Shown here: piece after piece, positions 36,420 to 44,634 of the stretch
How the letters are laid out: the number at the start of each line of letters is the position of its first letter
Numbering within the stretch: position 1 is the first letter of the stretch
Notes under the pieces: model-generated
What the model saw: the letters and a program-made list of their open reading frames with translations, nothing else
Databases searched by the model: none
Told to the model about the DNA's origin: nothing
Position numbers and translations under genes: made by a program
DNA from: Bacteroidales bacterium
GTDB lineage: Bacteria; Bacteroidota; Bacteroidia; Bacteroidales; VadinHA17
Length of the DNA: 64,000 nucleotides
Assembly (NCBI GenBank): GCA_038325595.1
Contig: JBBQJD010000007.1
Span: 875-64,874, forward strand
Direction of reading: 5' to 3'

Positions 36420-36439
36420 GTAAATCTAAAGTCAAAACT

Positions 36440-37351
36440 ATGAAAGCAAATTCCATTCTTGAAACAATAGGCAACACACCACATGTAAAAATCAACAGGC
36501 TCTTTAACAATGATATTTCCGTATGGATGAAACTGGAGTATTTCAATCCCGCTTCAAGTATTAAAGACAGGATAGCATTGTCAATGGTCACTGATGCAGA
36601 ACAAAAGGGATTGCTTAAACCACACAGCGTTATTATCGAGCCTACATCTGGTAATACAGGCATAGGCCTGGCTATGGTTGCAGCTGTAAAAGGCTACAAA
36701 ATAATTCTTGTAATGCCTGAATCAATGTCGCTTGAGAGAAGAAAGATAATGAGTGCCTTTGGAGCTGAATTTGACCTTACTCCAAGGGAAAAAGGCATGA
36801 AAGGTGCAATAGAACGTGCCAGACAGCTGAGTTCGGAAATTCCCGATTCCTGGATCCCGATGCAATTCGATAATCAGGCAAATACTGATATTCACAGAAA
36901 AACAACTGCAATGGAGATCCTGAAGGATTTTCCTGATGGCCTCGATTATCTGATTACCGGGGTCGGTACAGGAGGACACATTACTGCCTGCGCAGAGATT
37001 CTGAAAAAAGAATGGCCTCAATTAAAAGTATATGCTGTTGAACCGGAATTATCGCCTGTTTTAAGTGGAGGAGCACCCGGACCTCATCCATTGCAGGGTC
37101 TCGGAGCAGGATTTATACCCTCGATAATGAAGCCTGAACTTCTGGATGGTATTATCAAAGTAAGTAAAGATGATGCCTATACATTTGCAAGAAGAGCTGC
37201 AAAAGAAGAAGGTTTGTTTGTTGGAGTATCATCGGGAGCAGCACTGGCAGCAGTAAATCTGAAAAGTAAAGATTTCGCCAAAGGCGAAACAATTCTGACT
37301 TTCAGTTACGATACAGGTGAGAGATACCTGTCAGTTGAAGGTTTATTCTAA
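36440..37351 (+). CDS. cysK: Cysteine synthase A (O-acetylserine sulfhydrylase)
   Basis: PASSIKDR (PLP lysine), SGNTGIGLA and [10 protein letters not shown] blocks. Confidence 0.9.
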   Translation: MKANSILETIGNTPHVKINRLFNNDISVWMKLEYFNPASSIKDRIALSMVTDAEQKGLLKPHSVIIEPTSGNTGIGLAMVAAVKGYKIILVMPESMSLERRKIMSAFGAEFDLTPREKGMKGAIERARQLSSEIPDSWIPMQFDNQANTDIHRKTTAMEILKDFPDGLDYLITGVGTGGHITACAEILKKEWPQLKVYAVEPELSPVLSGGAPGPHPLQGLGAGFIPSIMKPELLDGIIKVSKDDAYTFARRAAKEEGLFVGVSSGAALAAVNLKSKDFAKGETILTFSYDTGERYLSVEGLF

Positions 37352-37433
37352 GCAACAGCAACACAAACCTCCTGTTAACTTGTATTTTCCTTTGACTGAG
37401 GGAATATAATCGTGTATTTATTTTACCTGACTA

Positions 37434-38060
37434 ATGAATAAAAATACGGAAGACCTATATAGACGCGTATGGTTATTAAGCTTATTTACAATATTTTACA
37501 ATATTGCTGAAGGAATTATTTCAATGATCCTTGGCTTTGAAGATGAAACCCTGGCCTTATTTGGCTTCGGTGCAGATAGTTTTATTGAGGTAGTTTCCGG
37601 AACCGGCATAGCGATCATGATTCTGCGTATAAAGCAAAATCCTGAATCCCATGTCAGCAAATTCGAAATAAAGGCACTACAGGTAACAGGAACAGCATTT
37701 TATTTGCTTTCGGCCGGACTTCTTGCCGGAATTATTCTGAACATAATCACTCAGCATAAACCTGAAACCACATTCTGGGGTGTTGTCATTTCAATTATTT
37801 CAATTATAGTAATGTTCTGGCTGATGAATGCGAAAAAAAGTGCGGGCCTGAAATTACAATCAGAACCGGTAATTGCAGATGCAAACTGTACAAAGGTATG
37901 TGTTTACATGTCAATGGTACTGCTGGCTTCAAGCCTGATCTATGAACTTACAGGATTCGCTTATGCTGACGTAATTGGTGCAGCTGGCTTAATATACTTT
38001 TCTGTTTCGGAAGGAAGGGAAGCATTTGAAAAAGCAAGGGGAAAAGAATGTAACTGTTAA
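37434..38060 (+). CDS. Cation-diffusion-facilitator-like membrane protein (TM domain only), C-terminal CNC
   Basis: About 6 TM helices. FGADSFIEVVSG and IADANCTKV resemble CDF metal-site helices. No cytosolic C-terminal domain. Confidence 0.45.
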   Translation: MNKNTEDLYRRVWLLSLFTIFYNIAEGIISMILGFEDETLALFGFGADSFIEVVSGTGIAIMILRIKQNPESHVSKFEIKALQVTGTAFYLLSAGLLAGIILNIITQHKPETTFWGVVISIISIIVMFWLMNAKKSAGLKLQSEPVIADANCTKVCVYMSMVLLASSLIYELTGFAYADVIGAAGLIYFSVSEGREAFEKARGKECNC

Positions 38061-38142
38061 TAACTATCAAAAAGCACATCTTCCGGGAACAAACTGATTT
38101 ATGTTATTGTTATGTTAATATGCAGATATTCTGCTGTTTAGT

Positions 38143-38158
38143 TGTTAATTAATTAACA
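38143..38158. promoter_or_regulatory. 16-bp perfect palindrome TGTTAATTAATTAACA (copy 2)
   Basis: Exact sequence read, identical to 31243-31258. Lies 10 nt upstream of the ATG at 38168. Confidence 0.7.
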
Positions 38159-38167
38159 GAAAAGATT

Positions 38168-38392
38168 ATGAAAAAGTACCTTTTAATATTCGCTTTTGCT
38201 CTTCTTGCCATTTTAGTATTTAACTTTTGTGGCAGAAGTACGACCAAAGATCAGCCTGGCACTACAAATGAGCAATCGCCCACAAAGGAAGTAGCAAAAA
38301 TTCAATATACCTGTCCGATGCATCCTGAAGTTGTCAGCGATACTACAGGCACATGTCCTAAATGCGGAATGCCACTTGTTGAAAAGAAATAG
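38168..38392 (+). CDS. Small lipoprotein with a heavy-metal-binding domain (HMBD, CPMH...CPKCGM type)
   Basis: Signal peptide with Cys (VFNFC). C-terminal YTCPMHPEVVSDTTGTCPKCGMPLV. Confidence 0.6.
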   Translation: MKKYLLIFAFALLAILVFNFCGRSTTKDQPGTTNEQSPTKEVAKIQYTCPMHPEVVSDTTGTCPKCGMPLVEKK

Positions 38393-38421
38393 GCCGGTCA
38401 GGGAAACGGATGGGAATTATA

Positions 38422-39120
38422 TTATCTGATATGCAAACCGCATTCTTTTTTTGAATCGTCCTCCCACCACCATCTGCCAGAACGGAAACTGGCACCGGGC
38501 CTTACTGCTTTTGTGCATGGTTCACATCCGATGCTCAGGTATCCTTTATCATGTAAAGTATTGTAGGGAACATTATTTTCTTTTACAAAATTCTTTACAT
38601 CATCATATGACCATTCGAAAATCGGGTAGAACTTAAAGATTCTTTTCCCTTCATCATATTCAAGCCAGTCCATATGGTCCCTTGATTCGGACTGATCAGA
38701 CCTGATACCGGATATCCAGCATTTCATTCCCTCAAGAGCCCGTGAAAGAGGAATCACCTTTCTCAGATTGCAACACTCTTTTCTGTTTTCAACTGATTCC
38801 CGAAAGCTTAATGGTCCTTTTTCCGTGACCATTTTTTCAATTGCATTTTTATCAGGAAAAGTTATATGGATTTTTTTATTGTACTTTATGATTGTTTTCG
38901 ACATAACCTCATATGTCTGAGGAAAGAGTCTTCCCGTATCAAGAGTAACAACTTTAATGTCCAGATCGTTACTGAATATTTTGTGAGTTATTGCCTGATC
39001 TTCCAAACCCAGGCTCGTTGTGAATATAACCTGCCCGGGAAAAAGAGATGCTAATGTATGCAGCTGATCTTCAATTGATTTTCCAGTAAGCTGATCCTTT
39101 AACTTTTTTAAATTCATCAT
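38422..39120 (-). CDS. cysH: Adenylylsulfate/phosphoadenylylsulfate reductase, Fe-S (APS reductase) type
   Basis: C-terminal ECGLH. Additional CC (RKECCNLRK) and CxxC (GCEPCT) pairs are typical of APS-utilising CysH. Confidence 0.88.
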   Translation of the reverse strand: MMNLKKLKDQLTGKSIEDQLHTLASLFPGQVIFTTSLGLEDQAITHKIFSNDLDIKVVTLDTGRLFPQTYEVMSKTIIKYNKKIHITFPDKNAIEKMVTEKGPLSFRESVENRKECCNLRKVIPLSRALEGMKCWISGIRSDQSESRDHMDWLEYDEGKRIFKFYPIFEWSYDDVKNFVKENNVPYNTLHDKGYLSIGCEPCTKAVRPGASFRSGRWWWEDDSKKECGLHIR

Positions 39121-39427
39121 ACATTAAATCGATGTTTACAGAGAGATTCAAGACAGAAAGGTATTTTCATAATCTCAATCCATCCTGTACACAAAGGTAA
39201 TATCTCTGAAGCAGGATAGGATCGGCATAAAAACCAAAATTTCTTAGGTATTAATACTCAACTTTACCCAAAAATACCTTCAACCGTGAATGAGTGATCC
39301 CGAAAAAATGTTTAGAAAAATACAGGCCTGCTAAATAACCCGGGATATATTTATCTGAACAAAAAAATTTTAATGGTGTTAATTTTAGTACCATCTGCAG
39401 AGTGATGAATGCATTAAAAAACTTTTC

Positions 39428-39622
39428 ATGATGAAAAATAAAGATTTATTCTCAAGATCAGGAGTTAATCAGGCTGAAAAGTCTGTAACCTTGCCAAATG
39501 GAGGAGATGAGGGAAAAAGTATCGGTTACCAGTGTCCGATGAAATGTGAAGGAGACAATAAGGTTTATGATCATCCCGGAACATGTCCTGTTTGTAAGAT
39601 GAAACTTGTGCCTGTAGAATAA
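39428..39622 (+). CDS. Small HMBD-like protein, no obvious signal peptide
   Basis: YQCPMKCEGDNKVYDHPGTCPVCKMKLV has the same CPM...CPxCxM pattern as 38168..38392 and the CusB N-terminus. Confidence 0.5.
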   Translation: MMKNKDLFSRSGVNQAEKSVTLPNGGDEGKSIGYQCPMKCEGDNKVYDHPGTCPVCKMKLVPVE

Positions 39623-39883
39623 CAAAACAGGATTACTCCATTAGAGAAGCAAAATTTCAGCTGAAAACTGTATCTTCTGATCATAGATTTCATTCCCTGA
39701 TACTTTATCTTTAATTATGGACATAAAACAATCATCAAGAACCATTGTTTATCGATTAACAGTTGGATGGAAAAATCTATTGTGCTCCCATAATTGTAAA
39801 TATTTAACTTTTAGCCTGATATGTAATAATTATCATAAGAAGTTTTTGGGTTTAGTAAAATAATTTACTTTTCTTTGCAACAA

Positions 39884-40309
39884 ATGAAAAAGGCAGGTTC
39901 CATATCTCTGGCATTTTTAATGATCGCAGCAATCCTGAAAATTTCTGTGGTCACTCATTATTGTGGAGGTGAAAAGGTTGTCTCGAAATTGTCCTTTTCT
40001 GCAGAACTGGCCAGTTGCGGTATGGAAGAAGAATCAGAAAAGGATTTACCTCTCCGGGAAACCTTTTTTTCAAACCATTGCTGTGATGATTCAGTGATTT
40101 CCTGTGGAACTGACAACAATTATTTACCTTCAACTTCATTCCTGACTGAATCATATCAGTTTAATTTCAAGGCTATTGATTTTCCTTTAAGAGGATTAGT
40201 TTACTCATTCTCAGATATAATCATTAAATATTCAGATGCCAGTCCCCCACCCGGGGTATTGCTATCCACAAGCGTGGATCTTTCTGACATTTGTATTTAC
40301 CGTATTTGA
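39884..40309 (+). CDS. HYC_CC_PP-family small membrane-anchored Cys-rich protein
   Basis: The three eponymous motifs are present in order: THYCGG, NHCCDD, ASPPPG. N-terminal TM helix. The track gives a TTG start at 39875. Confidence 0.5.
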   Translation: MKKAGSISLAFLMIAAILKISVVTHYCGGEKVVSKLSFSAELASCGMEEESEKDLPLRETFFSNHCCDDSVISCGTDNNYLPSTSFLTESYQFNFKAIDFPLRGLVYSFSDIIIKYSDASPPPGVLLSTSVDLSDICIYRI

Positions 40310-40330
40310 TTTTTTACTTCCTGATAAATT

Positions 40331-40372
40331 GTAAATGTGAAATTTATGCATTTACGATTTTCTATTTGTTTT
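40331..40372 (+). terminator. Candidate terminator after the HYC_CC_PP gene
   Basis: Stem GTAAATG / CATTTAC with an 11-nt loop, followed by the T-rich GATTTTCTATTTGTTTT. Confidence 0.4.
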
Positions 40373-40406
40373 AATTAATTCAAACATTCACTTAATAATT
40401 ATCGAA

Positions 40407-40561
40407 ATGAAAACTTTTAAAGTATTTCTTACTGCTTTGTTTGCAGCTTTATTGTCAGCAACAATAAAGCTCAGTCACACGATCACAGTAGCCATGCTGA
40501 TTTAAAAACAAATAAAACTCAGGTAGCTAAAGATTCCGCCAAGGCAAACTCCATTAATTGA
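40407..40561 (+). pseudogene. Possible frameshifted small secreted His-rich peptide gene
   Basis: The ATG at 40407 encodes the signal-like MKTFKVFLTALFAALLSATIK..., stopping at 40503. The overlapping frame continues KAQSHDHSSHADLKTNKTQVAKDSAKANSIN to 40561 but has no start of its own. Confidence 0.25.
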
Positions 40562-40622
40562 TTACCAACATATTAGTTAAATTCTTGTTATTATTTTAAC
40601 CAATTGAACGTAATTCCATATC

Positions 40623-43600
40623 ATGTTTAACCGGCTAGTAAAATATTTTCTTGAAAACAGGCTTGTAACCTTTATTATTCTTATTGCTTTCGTGGTAATG
40701 GGACTGGTAACCATGCCTTTCAATCTTAAATCAGGATTTCTTCCACGAGACCCTGTTCCAGTTGACGCAATTCCCGATATAGGTGAGAATCAGCAGATCG
40801 TTGCAACCGAATGGATGGGGCGTTCACCTCAGGACATCCAGGATCAGATAAGCTATCCGCTCACCACAGCCTTACTTGGTATTCCTGGGGTTCAGACGAT
40901 AAGGAGTACCTCGATGTTCGGCATGTCTTTCATTTATATCATCTTTAAGGACAATATTGAGTTTTACTGGAGCAGGTCGCGGATCCTTGAAAAGCTAAAC
41001 TCCCTTCCTGCGGGAACCCTGCCTGAAGATGTGCAACCAACACTGGGTCCCGATGCAACAGCACTTGGACAGATCTTCTGGTACACTCTGGAAGGTCGAA
41101 ATCCAAAAACAGGAGAACCCAATGGCGGATGGGATCCGCAGGAACTGAAAACCATACAGGATTTTTATGTTAAATACAGTCTGTCCACTGCTGAAGGAGT
41201 ATCTGAAGTTGCAACAGCAGGTGGTTTTACAAAAGAATACCAGGTTGATATCGATCCGAATGCGCTGAAGGCATATAACGTGTCTGTCATGGATGTTATG
41301 ACTGCAGTTCAGAAAAGCAATCTTGATATAGGGGCCGAAACAATTGAGCTGAATAATGTGGAATATATTATCCGTGGACTTGGCTATATCAAAAACCTTG
41401 AAGACCTGGAATTATCTGTTATCACCGTGCGGAATAATGTTCCGGTAAGGATCAAAGATGTTGCAAGGGTAAATTTTGGACCAGCACCACGACGTGGCGG
41501 CCTTGATAAATCCGGCTCCGAAGCTGTTGGAGCTGTAGTGGTAGCCCGGTATGGCTCAAATCCTATGGACGTAATAAATAATGTAAAGGCTAAAATAACC
41601 GAGATAGAAGCAGGATTGCCTCAAAAAATACTACCCGACGGTACTGTCTCAAAAGTAACTGTGGTACCATTTTATGACAGGACAGGACTGATCAGAGAGA
41701 CTATCGGCACACTTGAATCGGCTCTTTCACATGAAATCCTCATAAGCATAATAGTCATAATCGTGCTGGTAATGAATCTCAGGGCTTCATTGATTGTTGC
41801 GGGTTTACTGCCGATAGGAGTACTAATGACATTTATCCTGATGAGATCGTTCGGAGTCGATGCCAATATAGTAGCCCTCTCAGGTATCGCCATTGCTATC
41901 GGAGTCATGGTAGATATAGGTATAGTAGATGTCGAAAATATTCTCCGACACCTGGAAATGCCTGAAAATAAAGGAATAAGAGGCAGAAAGTTAATGGATG
42001 TGATTTACCAGGCAACCACTGAAGTCAGAGCTGCTGTTGTAACTTCCATTGCTACAACTATTGTCAGTTTTCTTCCGGTATTTGCAATGCAGGCTCAGGA
42101 AGGCAAACTATTTCATCCCCTGGCATTTACAAAAACATTTGCCCTGATTTCGGCATTTATCCTTGGAATAGTTATTCTGCCTACCCTGGTTCACATCTTC
42201 TTTAATTTCTCTTTTGATAAACGGAAAATAAAAATAGCATGGAACACAATCCTCATTGCAGCCGGTATATTTTTTGCTTTCATCTGGCAGATGTGGCCGG
42301 CACTGGCATTGACTGCAGTAGGAATAAATAACCTGTATGATTATAAATGGCAGGAAGGAAGGAAAGAGTACCCAAATTACATCAACATTATTATAACTGT
42401 GCTTTTTGCCACATGGTACCTGGCTGTTGAGTGGCTGCCCCTTGGAGCTCATCAGAGTGAATTCATAAATTTCATTTTTGTTGCAGGGATTATAACGGTT
42501 ATTCTGCTCGGACTGATGTCGATGGTACATTTTTACGAAAACATTCTCAGGTGGGCCCTGATGAATAAATGGAAGTTCCTGATGATCCCTGCATTTACAC
42601 TTTTCTTTGGCCTGCTTGCCTGGCAGGGATTTGATACCATTTTTGGTTTTGTTGCTTCAGGCGCAGAAAAGCTTGGCTGGAAAAATTTTCGGCAGACTTC
42701 TGCATGGCAAAGCGGTGTCAGGACTTTTCCGGGTATAGGCAAGGAGTTCATGCCTTCGCTGAATGAAGGCTCATTCCTGCTCATGCCGACAAGCATGCCT
42801 CATTCAAGCATTGAAAAAAATCTCGAGTACATTGAAACACTCGATCAAAGGCTTACAGCAATACCGGAAGTAGAAATTGCGGTCGGTAAGTGGGGACGGG
42901 TTAATTCAGCACTTGATCCCGCCCCTATCCAGATGTTTGAAAATACGATCAATTACCGTTCTGAATACATCCTTGATGAATATGGTCACAGACAAAAATT
43001 CAAAACGGATGATAAAGGAAATTTTATTTTAAATATGGCAGAAATAAAGAATCGAAACGAAATTGAATTAAATGGAAATAAGGTAGAAAATAAAATTGAC
43101 GTAAATGGAAATCAAATTGAACCAGATAGTATTGAACGAATATCATTTGAACAGGACACGAAAAATTTCTATGTTTTAATAAACGATGAAACAACACAAG
43201 TGACTGAACAACAATACATTTCAACCTATTTCAACCTGTTTCAATACATTTCCCGCAATATCCGGTCTTTTCTGATTGCTGACAAAAACGGGGAATACTT
43301 CCGTCAATGGCGGCCTGAGATTAAGAATCCCCAGGATATATGGAATGAGATAGTTAAAGTCACAAATATTCCCGGGCTGACTTCTGCTCCAAAGCTTCAG
43401 CCTATTGAGACACGTCTGGTAATGCTTTCAACCGGAATGAGGGCTCCGATGGGATTAAAAGTATATGGCCCTGATCTTAATAGCATCGAAGAAGCAGGAA
43501 TGATTTTCGAAAGAGCTTTAAAGGAAGTTCCTTCGGTTAAATCTTCGGCAGTTTTCTACGATCGTGCAGTCGGTGCACCATATCTCGAGATAAAGATCAA

Positions 43601-44633
43601 TCGTGAAGCAATGGCCAGATATGGGATGACTGTCAGTGATGTGCAGGAAATTCTGCAGGTTGCTATCGGGGGTATGGCCCTTTCAACTTCCGTGGAGGGA
43701 CGTGAAAGATTTCCGATAAGAGTCAGGTATGCCCGTGAATTACGCGATAATCCCGATGATCTTAAGAAAATTCTTGTTCCTTCAGCGAACGGTGCACAGA
43801 TCCCTCTAGGACAAGTTGCTGATATTAAATATACCAGAGGTGCCCAAATGATAAGGAGTGAAAATACATTTCTCGTTGGATATGTAATTTTTGATAAGAT
43901 TGAAGGCAGGGCTGAAGTTGATGTAGTTCAGGAAGCAGACAGAATAATCAGGGAAAAGATTGATTCAGGTGAAATCATTCTACCTGCAGGGGTCAGTTAT
44001 AATTTTGCCGGGAATTATGCAAATCAGCTGAGAGCGACAAAGAGGCTGGCAATAGTAGTTCCCCTGAGTTTAGTTGTAATTTTGCTCCTTTTGTATTTCC
44101 AGTTTAAGACAATTACTGCCTCATTGATACATTTTTCAGGGGTGTTTGTAGCATTCTCGGGAGGTTTCATCATGCTGTGGCTCTATGGACAGGACTGGTT
44201 CATGAATTTCTCAGTTGCAGGATCAAACATGAGGGATATGTTCCAGATGCACCCTGTTAATCTGAGTGTTGCAGTCTGGGTCGGATTTATTGCGCTTTTC
44301 GGGATCGCTACAAATGATGGCGTTATCATGGGGACATACATTCACCAGGTATTCGAGGATAAAAAACCGGCCACTGTTCATGAAGTCCGTGAAGCAGTTG
44401 TTATAGCAGGCAGAAAAAGGGTTCGCCCTGCAATGATGACCACTGCAGTTGCTGTAATAGCCCTGCTGCCTGTACTTTCATCAACCGGAAAAGGCGCTGA
44501 CATAATGGTTCCGATGGCCATACCTGCATTCGGTGGTATGATCATACAGGTTATGACAATTTTCGTGGTACCGCTGTTTCAATCGATCTGGAGAGAGAAT
44601 GAAGTTAAAAGAAACTTAACAAAATCAGTATAA
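40623..44633 (+). CDS. cusA: Heavy-metal RND efflux pump, CusA-type, Cu(I)/Ag(I), unusually long (1336 aa)
   Basis: TM4 AIAIGVMVDIGIVDVEN resembles CusA. The three CusA methionine-site contexts are present (LLMPTSMP, PAPIQMFENT, RLVMLSTGM). Confidence 0.88.
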   Translation: MFNRLVKYFLENRLVTFIILIAFVVMGLVTMPFNLKSGFLPRDPVPVDAIPDIGENQQIVATEWMGRSPQDIQDQISYPLTTALLGIPGVQTIRSTSMFGMSFIYIIFKDNIEFYWSRSRILEKLNSLPAGTLPEDVQPTLGPDATALGQIFWYTLEGRNPKTGEPNGGWDPQELKTIQDFYVKYSLSTAEGVSEVATAGGFTKEYQVDIDPNALKAYNVSVMDVMTAVQKSNLDIGAETIELNNVEYIIRGLGYIKNLEDLELSVITVRNNVPVRIKDVARVNFGPAPRRGGLDKSGSEAVGAVVVARYGSNPMDVINNVKAKITEIEAGLPQKILPDGTVSKVTVVPFYDRTGLIRETIGTLESALSHEILISIIVIIVLVMNLRASLIVAGLLPIGVLMTFILMRSFGVDANIVALSGIAIAIGVMVDIGIVDVENILRHLEMPENKGIRGRKLMDVIYQATTEVRAAVVTSIATTIVSFLPVFAMQAQEGKLFHPLAFTKTFALISAFILGIVILPTLVHIFFNFSFDKRKIKIAWNTILIAAGIFFAFIWQMWPALALTAVGINNLYDYKWQEGRKEYPNYINIIITVLFATWYLAVEWLPLGAHQSEFINFIFVAGIITVILLGLMSMVHFYENILRWALMNKWKFLMIPAFTLFFGLLAWQGFDTIFGFVASGAEKLGWKNFRQTSAWQSGVRTFPGIGKEFMPSLNEGSFLLMPTSMPHSSIEKNLEYIETLDQRLTAIPEVEIAVGKWGRVNSALDPAPIQMFENTINYRSEYILDEYGHRQKFKTDDKGNFILNMAEIKNRNEIELNGNKVENKIDVNGNQIEPDSIERISFEQDTKNFYVLINDETTQVTEQQYISTYFNLFQYISRNIRSFLIADKNGEYFRQWRPEIKNPQDIWNEIVKVTNIPGLTSAPKLQPIETRLVMLSTGMRAPMGLKVYGPDLNSIEEAGMIFERALKEVPSVKSSAVFYDRAVGAPYLEIKINREAMARYGMTVSDVQEILQVAIGGMALSTSVEGRERFPIRVRYARELRDNPDDLKKILVPSANGAQIPLGQVADIKYTRGAQMIRSENTFLVGYVIFDKIEGRAEVDVVQEADRIIREKIDSGEIILPAGVSYNFAGNYANQLRATKRLAIVVPLSLVVILLLLYFQFKTITASLIHFSGVFVAFSGGFIMLWLYGQDWFMNFSVAGSNMRDMFQMHPVNLSVAVWVGFIALFGIATNDGVIMGTYIHQVFEDKKPATVHEVREAVVIAGRKRVRPAMMTTAVAVIALLPVLSSTGKGADIMVPMAIPAFGGMIIQVMTIFVVPLFQSIWRENEVKRNLTKSV

Positions 44634-44634
44634 G

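Noticed and set aside
39655-39666. Palindrome TTTCAGCTGAAA after the small HMBD gene as a terminator
   Set aside because: It has no loop and no T tract, and a 12-bp AT-rich palindrome alone is weak evidence.
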